The position numbers were made by a program, and so were the translations under genes. Positions 9,872-20,485 of a DNA stretch of 64,000 nucleotides are shown here, piece by piece. Under the pieces are notes generated by a model. The model saw only the letters and a program-made list of their open reading frames with translations. It did not search any database and was not told the DNA's origin. Each line of letters begins with the position of its first letter. Position 1 is the stretch's first letter. This DNA is from an uncultured Clostridia bacterium (GTDB lineage: Bacteria; Bacillota; Clostridia; Saccharofermentanales; Saccharofermentanaceae), in assembly GCA_947303255.1 (NCBI GenBank), contig CAMYXL010000001.1, positions 18,231 through 82,230 on the forward strand. Direction: 5' to 3'.

Positions 9872-11383
9872 ATGTACAAACTCTTTATCAACACAGGTAA
9901 GGAACTCGGGCACATCAACCCTGAGATCCAGGGACACTTTTCCGAGCATCTCGGCAGATGCATCTACGAAGGTGTCTATGTAGGCGAGAACTCCGATATC
10001 CCGAACACAAACGGTATGCGTAACGACGTAGTCGAAGCTCTCAAAGAAATGAAGATCCCTGTACTTCGTTGGCCGGGCGGATGCTTTGCCGATGAGTATC
10101 ACTGGAAAGACGGAATCGGTCCTAAGGACCAGAGAAAGAAGATGATCAACACCAACTGGGGCGGTGTTACCGAAGACAACTCTTTCGGTACTCACGAGTT
10201 CATGGAGCTTGCCGAGCAGCTGGGTTGTAAGACATACGTTAACGGTAACGTCGGAAGCGGTACCGTTCAGGAGATGAGCGAGTGGGTCGAGTACATGACA
10301 TTCGACGGCGTTTCTCCAATGGCAGATCTCAGAAGAAAGAACGGAAGAGAAAAGCCATGGACAGTTGACTACTTCGCAGTAGGTAACGAGACTTGGGGAT
10401 GCGGCGGTAACATGGTACCTGAGTACTACGCTAATCTTTATAAGCACTATCAGACATTCGTTAAGCAGTTTAATCCGGATAAGAAGATCAAGAAGATCGC
10501 TGTAGGTCCTACAGATAAGGACTACAACTGGACTGAGACAATGCTTCGCGAGTGCTTCAGACAGCAGGGAACATTCCCACAGAATTTCGGTTACATGGAC
10601 GGACTTACGCTCCATTACTACACACTTCCTTATGACTGGGACAAGAAGGGAAGTGCCACAGGCTTTAACGACAAAGAGTGGTACATGACTCTTGCTAAGA
10701 CATTCTGCATGGAAGAATTCATTGAGAAGCATTCAGCTATCATGGACAGATACGATCCTGAGTGTAAGATCGGTCTCATGGTCGATGAGTGGGGTACATG
10801 GTACGACGTAGAGGAAGGAACAAATCCCGGATTCCTTTACCAGCAGAATACTATAAGAGATGCGTTGATCGCAGCTATCAACCTCAACATCTTCAACAAG
10901 CACTGTAAGAGAGTCAAGATGGCTAACATCGCTCAGCTTGTTAACGTTCTTCAGGCAGTTATCCTTACTGAAGGCGACAAGATGATCAAGACTCCGACAT
11001 ATTACGTATTCAGGATGTACAGCTATCATCAGGACAACGAGCTTCTCGAGAGTTCCGTTAACACAGACAAGATCGGTCTTGAGGAGCAGTACATGGTTCC
11101 TAATCTTACCGAGTCTGTTTCCAAAGCTAAGGACGGCAAGATCCATATCACATTGGGCAATCTCTCATGCACGGATTCCTATGATCTTGAGAGCTGTCTT
11201 ATGGGTGAGACCATCAAGTCCGTTAAGGCTTCGATCGTTGCAGGTAAGATGGATGATCACAACACATTTGATGCTCCGAATGTAGTTGAGGAGAAAGTTT
11301 TCGAGAATATAAGCTTTGAGGGAGACAAGATCAAGTTCACTATGCCTGCTTCAAGCGTAATGCACATCGAAGTAGAGATCTGA
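9872..11383 (+). CDS. abfA: GH51 alpha-L-arabinofuranosidase
   Basis: [28 protein letters not shown], acid/base [11 protein letters not shown], nucleophile [18 protein letters not shown]. Confidence 0.95.
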   Translation: MYKLFINTGKELGHINPEIQGHFSEHLGRCIYEGVYVGENSDIPNTNGMRNDVVEALKEMKIPVLRWPGGCFADEYHWKDGIGPKDQRKKMINTNWGGVTEDNSFGTHEFMELAEQLGCKTYVNGNVGSGTVQEMSEWVEYMTFDGVSPMADLRRKNGREKPWTVDYFAVGNETWGCGGNMVPEYYANLYKHYQTFVKQFNPDKKIKKIAVGPTDKDYNWTETMLRECFRQQGTFPQNFGYMDGLTLHYYTLPYDWDKKGSATGFNDKEWYMTLAKTFCMEEFIEKHSAIMDRYDPECKIGLMVDEWGTWYDVEEGTNPGFLYQQNTIRDALIAAINLNIFNKHCKRVKMANIAQLVNVLQAVILTEGDKMIKTPTYYVFRMYSYHQDNELLESSVNTDKIGLEEQYMVPNLTESVSKAKDGKIHITLGNLSCTDSYDLESCLMGETIKSVKASIVAGKMDDHNTFDAPNVVEEKVFENISFEGDKIKFTMPASSVMHIEVEI

Positions 11384-11384
11384 C

Positions 11385-11630
11385 ATGGGCAAGATCTGCA
11401 GAAGATGCCTTTTAAGCGACATCAGCAAAGAGCAGTATGAGGCTTTGATCGTGGAAGGTCTTAAGGCTTTGCCGCCTGAGGATCTTGTTGATGGATATTC
11501 CTGCTCGAAAAGGCTGGAAATCTGCAGAGAATGTGAGAAACTAAATGAAGGAACTTGTCTCGCTTGCGGATGCTTTGTCGAGATAAGAGCGGCACTTAAA
11601 AAGGGCAGATGCCCGTATAACAAATGGTGA
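11385..11630 (+). CDS. Small Cys-rich protein (DUF6171-like)
   Basis: 81 aa with 9 Cys (CRRC, CREC, CLACGC, C-terminal CPYNKW); packed between the GH51 gene (1-bp gap) and the kinase gene. Confidence 0.75.
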   Translation: MGKICRRCLLSDISKEQYEALIVEGLKALPPEDLVDGYSCSKRLEICRECEKLNEGTCLACGCFVEIRAALKKGRCPYNKW

Positions 11631-13231
11631 TAACTATGGACTACAAAAATCTTCTTGCTGAAGGCAAATGCGTACTCGGAATCGAATTCGGTTCCACAAG
11701 GATCAAGGCAGTTCTCGCTGACATGAACGGCAACCCGATCGAATTCGGTGACCACATGTGGGAGAACGATCTTAAGGACGGCATCTGGACATATTCCGAA
11801 GATGCTATCTGGGGCGGACTTCAGGACGCTTACAAAAATCTCAAGGACAACGTAAAGGCTAAGTACGACGTTACACTTAAGTCTTTCGCGGCTATCGGTT
11901 TCTCCGCGATGATGCACGGCTACATCGCTCTTGATTCAAAGGACGAACTTCTCGTTCCGTTCAGGACATGGAGAAACACTATTACTGAGGAAGCAGCAGA
12001 TAAGCTTACAGAAGCTTTTGATTTCAACATTCCTCAGAGATGGAGCATCTCACATCTTTATCAGGCTATCTTAAACGGTGAAGAGCACGTTAAGGATATC
12101 TCATTCCTTACTACTCTCGCAGGTTATGTTCACTACAAGCTCACAGGCGTTAAGGCTTTGGGCGTAGGCGACGCATCAGGTATGTTCCCGATCGATTCGG
12201 ATACTATCGATTACGATTCCGGAATGCTCGGCATCTTCGCTGACATGATCAAGGATAAGAACTTCCCATGGGATCTTAAGGGTATCCTTCCTAAGGTCCT
12301 GAACGCAGGTGAGAACGCAGGAACACTTACCGCAGCAGGCGCTAAGCTTCTCGACGTTGAGGGCGATCTTAACGAGGGAATCCTCCTTTGCCCGCCGGAA
12401 GGTGACGCAGGAACAGGTATGGTCGCTACGAATTCCGTAGCTCCTGAGACAGGTAATATCTCTGCAGGAACTTCAGTTTTCGCCATGGTGGTTCTTAAGA
12501 AAGCAATGTCCAAGCTTCACAGAGAGATCGATATGGTAACTACACCTTCAGGTGCTCCTGTTGCCATGGTTCACTGCAATAACTGTACATCCGAGATCAA
12601 TGCTTGGGCTAACCTTTTCGATGAGTTCGGAAAGCTTATGGGAGCTAACTTCGACAAGGGCGAGATCTTCGGTAAGCTCTACGGATGCGCTCTTGACGGC
12701 GATAAGGATTGCGGCGGACTTGTAGGCTATAACTATCTTTCCGGTGAGCCTGTAACAGGTTTCATGAACGGAAGTCCACTCTTCATGAGAAGTGCAGAGG
12801 ACAGCTTCACGCTTCCTAACTTTATGAGAATGCAGCTTTATTCCGCACTCGCATCTTTGAAGATCGGCATGAACATCCTTACGGATGAGGAGAAGGTCGA
12901 GATCAAGAAGATGTTCGGTCACGGCGGTTTCTTCAAGACACCTAAGGCGGGACAGACAGTCTGCTCCGCAGCTATCAAAGCTCCGATCTGCCTTTTGACA
13001 ACAGCAGGTGAGGGCGGTGCATGGGGTATCGCAGTCCTTGCTCTTTATGCGGCTAAGAAAGATTCCTACGCAACACTCGAGAGCTTCCTCGAAGAGGAGA
13101 TCTTCAAGAGTGCCGAGGCAACTGAACTCATGGCTTCCGACGAAGACGTTAAGGGCTTCGACAAGTTCATGGAAAGATATGTTGCAGGACTTGCTACAGA
13201 GAAGAGCGCAACAGAAGTACTTATCAAGTGA
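11624..13231 (+). CDS. FGGY-family pentulose kinase, probably L-ribulokinase
   Basis: [43 protein letters not shown] and GHGG motifs; lies directly before araD. Alternative start at 11636. Confidence 0.85.
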   Translation: MVITMDYKNLLAEGKCVLGIEFGSTRIKAVLADMNGNPIEFGDHMWENDLKDGIWTYSEDAIWGGLQDAYKNLKDNVKAKYDVTLKSFAAIGFSAMMHGYIALDSKDELLVPFRTWRNTITEEAADKLTEAFDFNIPQRWSISHLYQAILNGEEHVKDISFLTTLAGYVHYKLTGVKALGVGDASGMFPIDSDTIDYDSGMLGIFADMIKDKNFPWDLKGILPKVLNAGENAGTLTAAGAKLLDVEGDLNEGILLCPPEGDAGTGMVATNSVAPETGNISAGTSVFAMVVLKKAMSKLHREIDMVTTPSGAPVAMVHCNNCTSEINAWANLFDEFGKLMGANFDKGEIFGKLYGCALDGDKDCGGLVGYNYLSGEPVTGFMNGSPLFMRSAEDSFTLPNFMRMQLYSALASLKIGMNILTDEEKVEIKKMFGHGGFFKTPKAGQTVCSAAIKAPICLLTTAGEGGAWGIAVLALYAAKKDSYATLESFLEEEIFKSAEATELMASDEDVKGFDKFMERYVAGLATEKSATEVLIK

Positions 13232-13239
13232 GGTTAATT

Positions 13240-13935
13240 ATGCTGGAAGACATTAAGCAAAGAGTATACGAAGCAAATATGCTTCTTCCTAAGTTCGGAC
13301 TCGTTACTTTTACATGGGGTAACGTAAGTGAGATCGACAGGGAGAAGGGACTTGTAGTTATTAAGCCGAGCGGCGTTCCTTATGAGACGATGAAGCCTGA
13401 GGATATGGTCGTTCTCGATCTTGACGGAAACAGAGTCGAAGGTTCCATGAAGCCTTCTTCCGATGCTCCGACACACATCTATCTTTACAAGAAGTTCCCG
13501 AAGATCGGAGGCGTTGTTCATACGCATTCTTCATTCGCTACTTCATGGGCTCAGGCAGGCCGTGATGTTCCTTGCTACGGAACAACACACGCCGACTATT
13601 TCTACGGAAATATCCCTTGCGCACGTTCCCTCACAACAGAGGAGATCGAAGGCGAGTACGAGCTCAACACAGGTGTCATCATCGGTGAGGAATTCGACAA
13701 GCGCGGCATCGACTACGAGGCAGTTCCGGGCGTTCTTTGCACCAACCACGGACCATTTACATGGGGTAAGGACGGCCACGAGGCTGTTCATAACGCAGTA
13801 GTTCTCGAGGAAGTAGCAAAGATGGCGTTCAGGACTGAGATCATCAACAAGGACGTTAAGCCTGCTCCTCAGAATATCCAGGATAAGCACTACTTCAGAA
13901 AGCACGGAGCAAATGCTTACTACGGACAGAATTGA
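13240..13935 (+). CDS. araD: L-ribulose-5-phosphate 4-epimerase
   Basis: [63 protein letters not shown] at 13240 follows GAGG. Confidence 0.96.
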   Translation: MLEDIKQRVYEANMLLPKFGLVTFTWGNVSEIDREKGLVVIKPSGVPYETMKPEDMVVLDLDGNRVEGSMKPSSDAPTHIYLYKKFPKIGGVVHTHSSFATSWAQAGRDVPCYGTTHADYFYGNIPCARSLTTEEIEGEYELNTGVIIGEEFDKRGIDYEAVPGVLCTNHGPFTWGKDGHEAVHNAVVLEEVAKMAFRTEIINKDVKPAPQNIQDKHYFRKHGANAYYGQN

Positions 13936-13957
13936 TACGATATAAATGATTTCATAG

Positions 13958-13993
13958 ACTGATCTCCTTTTCGAAAAAGGGGATCAGTTTTTT
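13958..13993 (+). terminator. Intrinsic terminator of the ara operon
   Basis: ACTGATCTCCTTT-tcgaa-AAAGGGGATCAGT stem followed by a T run. Confidence 0.8.
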
Positions 13994-14076
13994 ACCCGAT
14001 AAAACCGGAGATTTGCAATCGGTTCGGGTCTCTATATATAATAATAAAGACTTTTTTCGCGTATGAGGGGCATAAA

Positions 14077-15852
14077 GTGAGAAAAACCAAGACAAGCAGC
14101 ATCCTTAACAGCATGAACCTGAATACCAAGTTCATGGTTATTTACGTTGTCTGTATTATCTTCCCTCTCATACTTACTGACGGCTTCATCCTCCGTGCTC
14201 TCTATAACGAAGAGACCAGTAACGCGAGACACAACAGGGAAGCTGAGGCCCAGGCCGTTTACGATTCGGTCCTTTACAGTACATGGAACTACGACTTCTT
14301 CATCGCCAGCGCCATCGATAAGAACAAAGTCATCAACCAATTCCTCGATAAGAGTTATGCTGCTCCGTACGATTACTACAGCGCTTACACGCAGGACGTT
14401 TCCAACTCTTTCTTTAAGACACTTGCGGGCCTCCGAAGCGACAAGATCGTAATCTATGCCGATAACCCGACCATCCTTAACGGCGGTAACTTCAGACCAT
14501 TAAGTTCCGGCAAGAACGAAGAGTGGTACAAGAGATTTGTCGAACTTAATACCGACGAAGCTCTGCTTGTTTTCTACGACAGATCCGAGCGTTTTCTGGA
14601 ACAGAAAAAATTTATGTATGTTAAGAGAATGACGGAGATCAAATCTTCCAAAGAGAAGATAATCACCATCACCAACACCTACAGCAGCATGATGAACTCC
14701 CTCGACAGCATTCCGACCAGCAGCGGCGATGATATCTATGTCGTAACCAATAAATATGTTCCTATCTCGAACCAGGGCGACAATGTCCTTTATAACGACA
14801 TCAAGGACCGCATAGAGCGCGGCAGGAACATGACGGTCAAAGAAGGAAGCCTCAACACCACCGACTTCAAGATATACGTATTCAGCGACGAGGTCATGGT
14901 CCTTTCCGTCATCAGGAACAATTCCAGATTCCTGTTCCCGCTCATACTCTTAACACTCCTTCTTCCTCTTCTTGTCATGAAGCTTATCGAAAACTCTATC
15001 CTTCGAAGGATCAATCAGCTCCAGGATGCTTTCGTCGGTAACAGATCACAGACCTTCAGGACAATCGAGGATATTGACGGTAATGATGAGATAGCATCTC
15101 TTATGATCAACTACAACAACATGGTAAGACTTAACAACGAGCTTACCAACACGATCTATAAGGAGAAACTCAAGGATCAGCAGAACCACATCGCCCGTAA
15201 GAACGCAGAACTTCTCGCCCTTCAGAGCCAGATCAATCCGCACTTCCTGTTCAACGCTCTCGAGAGTATAAGAATGCACAGTATCCTCAAGGGCGAGGAC
15301 GAGACAGCTGAGATGGTAGAAAAGCTGGCGGTCATGGAGCGTCAGAACGTTGACTGGCAGCACGACTCCGTTACGGTCGGTGAGGAGACCGAGTTCATCA
15401 AGGCTTACCTTCAGCTCCAGAGCTACCGATTCGGTGACCGTCTCACATTCGACATCGATATAGCTGAAGGATGCGAGAACTATCTCATCCCTAAGCTCAC
15501 TTTGGTTACATTTGTTGAGAATGCCTGCGTACACGGCATCGAGTCCAAGTCTTCCCAGGGATGGATCTTTGTAAGAGTTTATCCGGATAAAGATAATGAA
15601 TACTTATATATAGAAGTAGAAGATACCGGTGACGGAATGAGCGAAGCCGAAGTTCAGAAACTGGCTAAGAGAATGAATTCCGTTACCATCGACACAATCA
15701 AGCAGGTTAAGCACGTCGGAATCCTCAACGCATGTTTGAGAATGAAGATGATGTTTGATGATAAGGCAAAGTTTTATGTGGATAGCGAACAGGGCGTTGG
15801 CATGGCGGTAGTGATCAAGATACCGATCGAAAACTTAACAAAGAGGGGTTAA
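14077..15852 (+). CDS. YesM-type sensor histidine kinase
   Basis: Two TM segments, HAMP region, ALQSQINPHFLFNALESI, TFVENACVHG, VEDTGDGM, SEQGVG. GTG start. Confidence 0.92.
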   Translation: MRKTKTSSILNSMNLNTKFMVIYVVCIIFPLILTDGFILRALYNEETSNARHNREAEAQAVYDSVLYSTWNYDFFIASAIDKNKVINQFLDKSYAAPYDYYSAYTQDVSNSFFKTLAGLRSDKIVIYADNPTILNGGNFRPLSSGKNEEWYKRFVELNTDEALLVFYDRSERFLEQKKFMYVKRMTEIKSSKEKIITITNTYSSMMNSLDSIPTSSGDDIYVVTNKYVPISNQGDNVLYNDIKDRIERGRNMTVKEGSLNTTDFKIYVFSDEVMVLSVIRNNSRFLFPLILLTLLLPLLVMKLIENSILRRINQLQDAFVGNRSQTFRTIEDIDGNDEIASLMINYNNMVRLNNELTNTIYKEKLKDQQNHIARKNAELLALQSQINPHFLFNALESIRMHSILKGEDETAEMVEKLAVMERQNVDWQHDSVTVGEETEFIKAYLQLQSYRFGDRLTFDIDIAEGCENYLIPKLTLVTFVENACVHGIESKSSQGWIFVRVYPDKDNEYLYIEVEDTGDGMSEAEVQKLAKRMNSVTIDTIKQVKHVGILNACLRMKMMFDDKAKFYVDSEQGVGMAVVIKIPIENLTKRG

Positions 15853-15857
15853 TTCAA

Positions 15858-17453
15858 ATGTTGAAAGTAATGCTAATTGATGATGAGCCGTATATCCTTC
15901 AGGGACTTCAGGTCCTGGTCAACTGGGAGAGTGAAGGTTACGAGATCGCAGCTGTAATGACTAACGGCAAGGACGCGTACAACTACCTTAAGGAGAATCA
16001 GGTCGATCTCATCATCTCCGATATCCAGATGCCTAACATGACGGGTATCGAACTTCTTGACGCGATCACCAAGGAGAACATCTCCGATGCGAAATTTGTA
16101 ATCCTCACAGGCTACGATGATTTCTCATACATGCAGAAAGCGATCCGCAACAACTGCTTCGACTACATCCTTAAGCCTGTTAACAAAGAGGAGCTCATTA
16201 CCCTTCTTCGAAAAGTATCCAATCTTAATAAGGAATCTATAATATTAAAAGAGAACCAGGAAAAAATGGCGGATGCTTATCTTGCTTCCAATGTCATCTC
16301 ACTTCTCAAAGGAAAGTACGGCGACGACGACCTGGCATATGTTAATAACCACATGCAGATCACGGGCGGCGTCAGGTTCATCGACATCGAGCTTGCCGAC
16401 GAATACGAGAATGCCGAAGCAACCGATTCCGACGACTACGATATGCGACTTATCCAAAGGCAGCTCTATAATGCCTGCAGGGAAGTCCTCAAAGAGAACG
16501 CCAACCATTTCATTTTCGACGTATCTTATGATGAAGATAATTATGATATAGGTTTTATATACTGTGACAACATGGCGACCAGGCGAGACCTCTCCGAGGA
16601 AGAGTTCCTGAACCTCATGCTCCGCAAGATCGAAGTCATCATGACAAAACCTATAAGAATGCTCTGCGGTAAGAAAGTCCCGAGCATCGCAGCCCTGTCA
16701 AAGTCTTACAGCTCCTGCAGCAGACTTAACAGTATCAAGGGTTTCCATAACCAGAAGAAGATCTATCTCTACGAAGATGAAGTGCAGGTAGGCCAGAACG
16801 GCATCATCCTTTGCAAGAACACCATCGATGATGTCATCGCCTCTATCGAAAACAATGACACCGAGAAGATCGATTCCGAGATCGACCGTCTCTATGCCGA
16901 GATGGGTTCCGGAGAAAACAAGGGCAGCACCATCGACCTCAACATCAACTACCTTCTCTTCCAGCTCATACACCTGGCTAGCGAGCAGGATGACAGTATC
17001 AACCAGGAAGAGATCGTCCAGTACATTTCCGAGCACTCTTTCGAGAGCACACTGAACCGAGGAAGTAATCAGCATATGAAGCGATTCGCCAAAGAGTATG
17101 CCAATTATCTTTCCGAACTTCGAAAAAGTGTATCCCGCGGAATCCTGGCAGATGTCGAAAACGAGATCAAGGATCACTTCGCAGAAAATATCTCCCTACG
17201 TTATTTAGGGGACAAATATCATATCAACAGTTCGTACTTAGGCCAGGTTTTCCGTAAGAAATACGGGATGAGTTTCAAAAACTACCTGACAAATTATAGG
17301 ATCAAGGAAGCAGCCAAGCAGGTTATCAATACTGAGAAGAAGATCAACCAGATTGCAGAGGATGTAGGCTATAAAGATACGGACTACTTTATCCGCAAAT
17401 TCATTGAAATAAAGGGCTGTACGCCGTCTAAGTACCGAAAAACCAACCGCTGA
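15858..17453 (+). CDS. YesN-type response regulator (REC plus AraC HTH)
   Basis: LIDDE, DLIISDIQMP, LTGY, YILKP; C-terminal INSSYLGQVFRKKYG and IAEDVGYKDTDYFIRKF..GCTPSKYR. Confidence 0.94.
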   Translation: MLKVMLIDDEPYILQGLQVLVNWESEGYEIAAVMTNGKDAYNYLKENQVDLIISDIQMPNMTGIELLDAITKENISDAKFVILTGYDDFSYMQKAIRNNCFDYILKPVNKEELITLLRKVSNLNKESIILKENQEKMADAYLASNVISLLKGKYGDDDLAYVNNHMQITGGVRFIDIELADEYENAEATDSDDYDMRLIQRQLYNACREVLKENANHFIFDVSYDEDNYDIGFIYCDNMATRRDLSEEEFLNLMLRKIEVIMTKPIRMLCGKKVPSIAALSKSYSSCSRLNSIKGFHNQKKIYLYEDEVQVGQNGIILCKNTIDDVIASIENNDTEKIDSEIDRLYAEMGSGENKGSTIDLNINYLLFQLIHLASEQDDSINQEEIVQYISEHSFESTLNRGSNQHMKRFAKEYANYLSELRKSVSRGILADVENEIKDHFAENISLRYLGDKYHINSSYLGQVFRKKYGMSFKNYLTNYRIKEAAKQVINTEKKINQIAEDVGYKDTDYFIRKFIEIKGCTPSKYRKTNR

Positions 17454-17459
17454 TTGCGT

Positions 17460-17469
17460 GAAACGTTTC
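17460..17469. promoter_or_regulatory. LacI-family-like operator GAAACGTTTC
   Basis: Perfect 10-bp palindrome with a central CG, upstream of the ABC transporter gene. Confidence 0.4.
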
Positions 17470-17630
17470 GTTGCAAATTGCCCAAAAAAAACTGACAAAT
17501 TATATTATTGTTATGTAGAATTTGTCTGTATTTATGTAAGAGTTCATAGGGTGTTGCCACAATTCTACCTATTTTATAATTTAGGTACCAATATACTGCG
17601 TCAGCAGTAAATATAATGAGGAGGCTTTAA

Positions 17631-19400
17631 ATGAAAAAGAAGTTATTTGCAGTTGTTATGGCTTCAATGATGGCAGTTTCTGCTCTCGCTGCTTGTACTG
17701 ATAAGAACGGTACAGACACTACAGCAGGTACAGCTGCTGCGCCAGACACAACAAATGCTGAAGGCGAAGCTGTTTACTCTCAGGAAGCTATCTTGGACAT
17801 GAAGATGTTCGCAGCAATGGCTGGTACAGAGATCAACAGCGGAAACAAGATCCAGGAATTGATCGCTGAGAAGACAGGTGTCCGTCTTAAGGAGACATGG
17901 CTTACAGGTCAGCAGGCTGGTGAGGCTATCGGTGCTATCATCGCATCCGGTGAGCTCCCTGACTTGATCGATGGTGGTGACGGTTCCGTTACTCTCTGGG
18001 AGAATGATTTGCTTGTAGCATGGGATCCTTATCTCGATATGTATCCAAACCTCAAGGAAATGTATACAGACGAGGAGTGGGATAAGTTCCGTATGGAAGA
18101 TGGTCACATCTATTGGGCTAACGTATTCGGTAACCACTATAAGGGAATCGATACATCAACAGGCCACAATGGTGAGGCTTTCTGGATCCAGGTTCGTGTA
18201 CTTGAGGATGCTGGTTATCCACAGGTTCAGACATTGGATGAGTACTTCGAGCTTCTTGACAACTATGTAGAAAAGTATAAGACAATGCCAGACGGTGAGA
18301 CACCTCTCATTGCTTACACAGCTCTTACAGATGGTTGGAAGTATTTCTGTCTTGAGAACCCTCCGATGTTCTTGGATGGTTATCCGAACGATGGTTGCTG
18401 TATCGTTAACGTTGACGATCCTGCTAACCCTGTAGTTGTTGACTACAACACAACAGACACAGCTAAGAAGTATTTCCAGAAGTTGAACGAAGAGTGGAAG
18501 AAGGGATCTATCAACCCTGACTTCGCTACACAGTCCTACGATGACTACATCTCCATGCTTTCTACAGGCCGTGTACTCGGTTTGTGTGACCAGTATTGGG
18601 ACTTCGCATACAGCCTTATGGGTCCATTCGCACAGAATCTTGACAGCCTTGACGGCGGACGTCTTGACGAACTCGGATGTGACTATGTACCTCTCGGTCT
18701 TACAATCGAGGCTGGTATGGAAAACCAGTGGCACTCTTACGGTGACGAGCTCAACCAGTCTTCTGGTGTAGCAGTTACAACTTCTTGTCCAGACCCTAAC
18801 CTCGCATTCAAGTTCTTGAGCGACGTTCTCGAGCAGGATGTTCACGATCTCCGTTTCTGGGGTATCGAAGGTGAAGACTACCTCGTTGGTGACGATGGTC
18901 TCTACTACAGAACAGAAGAGATGAGACAGCTCTGGAAAGATGACGATTATAAGGCTAACCACATCTGTTCTTATTCCTACTGCCCACAGTGGCTCGGAAT
19001 CAGCCGTGATGGTAAGAACGCTATGATGCCTTCTGAGCAGACATCTGAGTTCTATGCAGGTCTCGCTGAGCCTCTCGCTAAGTGCTTCCAGGCTTACGGC
19101 GCTGCTACATACGCTGACATGATCGGTTCACCTGATTGCGGACAGTACCCATGGTACCCACTCTGGTCTTGGTCAAACAACCTCAGCAACGACACTGACG
19201 GTGGTATCGCTTGGCAGAAGATGGGTGAAGTTAAGCACGAGTGGCTCCCTAAGATCGTTATGTCTAACAACTTCGAGTCTGACTGGAATTCTTACCTCGC
19301 AGCATATGCTGAGTGTAAGCCAGAGGACTTCCTCGCAGAGGCACAGGCAGAGGTTGATGCTAGACTTGCAACAGCTAGAGAGAATGGCTACGAAGGCTAA
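17631..19400 (+). CDS. ABC transporter sugar-binding lipoprotein
   Basis: Lipoprotein signal ending in lipobox LAAC; IAEKTGV, IIASGELPDLI, FWGIEGEDY; strong RBS GAGGAGG; codon bias similar to tuf and fusA. Confidence 0.92.
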   Translation: MKKKLFAVVMASMMAVSALAACTDKNGTDTTAGTAAAPDTTNAEGEAVYSQEAILDMKMFAAMAGTEINSGNKIQELIAEKTGVRLKETWLTGQQAGEAIGAIIASGELPDLIDGGDGSVTLWENDLLVAWDPYLDMYPNLKEMYTDEEWDKFRMEDGHIYWANVFGNHYKGIDTSTGHNGEAFWIQVRVLEDAGYPQVQTLDEYFELLDNYVEKYKTMPDGETPLIAYTALTDGWKYFCLENPPMFLDGYPNDGCCIVNVDDPANPVVVDYNTTDTAKKYFQKLNEEWKKGSINPDFATQSYDDYISMLSTGRVLGLCDQYWDFAYSLMGPFAQNLDSLDGGRLDELGCDYVPLGLTIEAGMENQWHSYGDELNQSSGVAVTTSCPDPNLAFKFLSDVLEQDVHDLRFWGIEGEDYLVGDDGLYYRTEEMRQLWKDDDYKANHICSYSYCPQWLGISRDGKNAMMPSEQTSEFYAGLAEPLAKCFQAYGAATYADMIGSPDCGQYPWYPLWSWSNNLSNDTDGGIAWQKMGEVKHEWLPKIVMSNNFESDWNSYLAAYAECKPEDFLAEAQAEVDARLATARENGYEG

Positions 19401-19447
19401 TATCACTTTTTGAAAGTCCATGAAAATGGCAATAGTTAAGTAATGTG

Positions 19448-19486
19448 GTGGCAACCACGGTAGATGCTGTGGTTGCCACTATTTTT
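19448..19486 (+). terminator. Stem-loop between the binding-protein and permease genes
   Basis: GTGGCAACCAC-N10-GTGGTTGCCAC (11-bp perfect stem) followed by TATTTTT. Confidence 0.65.
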
Positions 19487-19504
19487 AAGGGGGAATGGTT
19501 AAGC

Positions 19505-20470
19505 ATGAGTCTTTCGTCTACTTCTAGTCGTCGTAAAAAGAAGGCGAGTAATGGTGTTGAGTTCACCGCGAAAGAATTCAAACGTCAGTGGATACTCGTA
19601 GTTATTGCAGTTCTCTATGTTATTTACGGCGTAATCTTCAATTACCTGCCACTTGCTGGATGGATTATGGCTTTCCAGAATTATAAGTATAAGACAGGTA
19701 TCTTTGGTTCTAAGTTTGTAGGACTTGATAAGTTTAAGTTCTTGTTCTCTGATGACAAGTTCTTACAGGTTATCAGAAACACATTCTGCATGGGTGCGCT
19801 GATCCTTATCTTCAGTACAGTCATGGCAATTGCATTTGCGATCTTGCTCAATGAGATCAAAAACATTATGGGCAAAAAGTTGGTTCAGACAATCTCTTAT
19901 TTGCCTCACTTCCTTTCATGGATCGTTGTTTGTGGTATCGTTTCAGATACACTTTCTTCTACAGGAATTATTAACGAGCTTCTCACAAAGTTCGGTATTT
20001 TAGATAAACCTTTCTTGTTCCTTGGTAGTAAGCCGGCTTTCTGGCCGATCGTTGTAATCACTAACCTTTGGAAAGAGACAGGTTGGAATGCGATCATCTA
20101 TCTCGCAGCTATTACTTCTATCGACCCGGCTCTCTATGAGTCAGCTTCCATCGATGGTGCAGGACGTTTCCAGAAGATGTGGTATGTAACACTTCCTTCC
20201 ATCCGTCCTACAATCATGATTCTCTTGTTGATGAACATCGGTAACGTTCTTAACGCTGGTTTCGAGCTCCAGTACATCTTGGGTAATGGTCTTGTACAGA
20301 GCGTTTCCAGAACAATCGATATCTACGTCCTCGACTGGGCTATCAACGGTAGAAACATGGACTTCTCACTTGGTACCGCTGCCGGTATCTTTAAAACCGC
20401 GGTTTCCCTTGTCTTGATCGTTGGCGGTAACATGATCGCCAAGAAGACAGGCGATGAGCGTCTGTTCTAA
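19505..20470 (+). CDS. Carbohydrate ABC transporter permease (LplB-like)
   Basis: SKFVGLDKF, QTISYLPHFLSWIVV, WKETGWNAIIYLAAI, EAA loop ESASIDGAGRFQ. Start taken at ATG 19505. Confidence 0.93.
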   Translation: MSLSSTSSRRKKKASNGVEFTAKEFKRQWILVVIAVLYVIYGVIFNYLPLAGWIMAFQNYKYKTGIFGSKFVGLDKFKFLFSDDKFLQVIRNTFCMGALILIFSTVMAIAFAILLNEIKNIMGKKLVQTISYLPHFLSWIVVCGIVSDTLSSTGIINELLTKFGILDKPFLFLGSKPAFWPIVVITNLWKETGWNAIIYLAAITSIDPALYESASIDGAGRFQKMWYVTLPSIRPTIMILLLMNIGNVLNAGFELQYILGNGLVQSVSRTIDIYVLDWAINGRNMDFSLGTAAGIFKTAVSLVLIVGGNMIAKKTGDERLF

Positions 20471-20485
20471 GGAGGGAAGTAGAAA

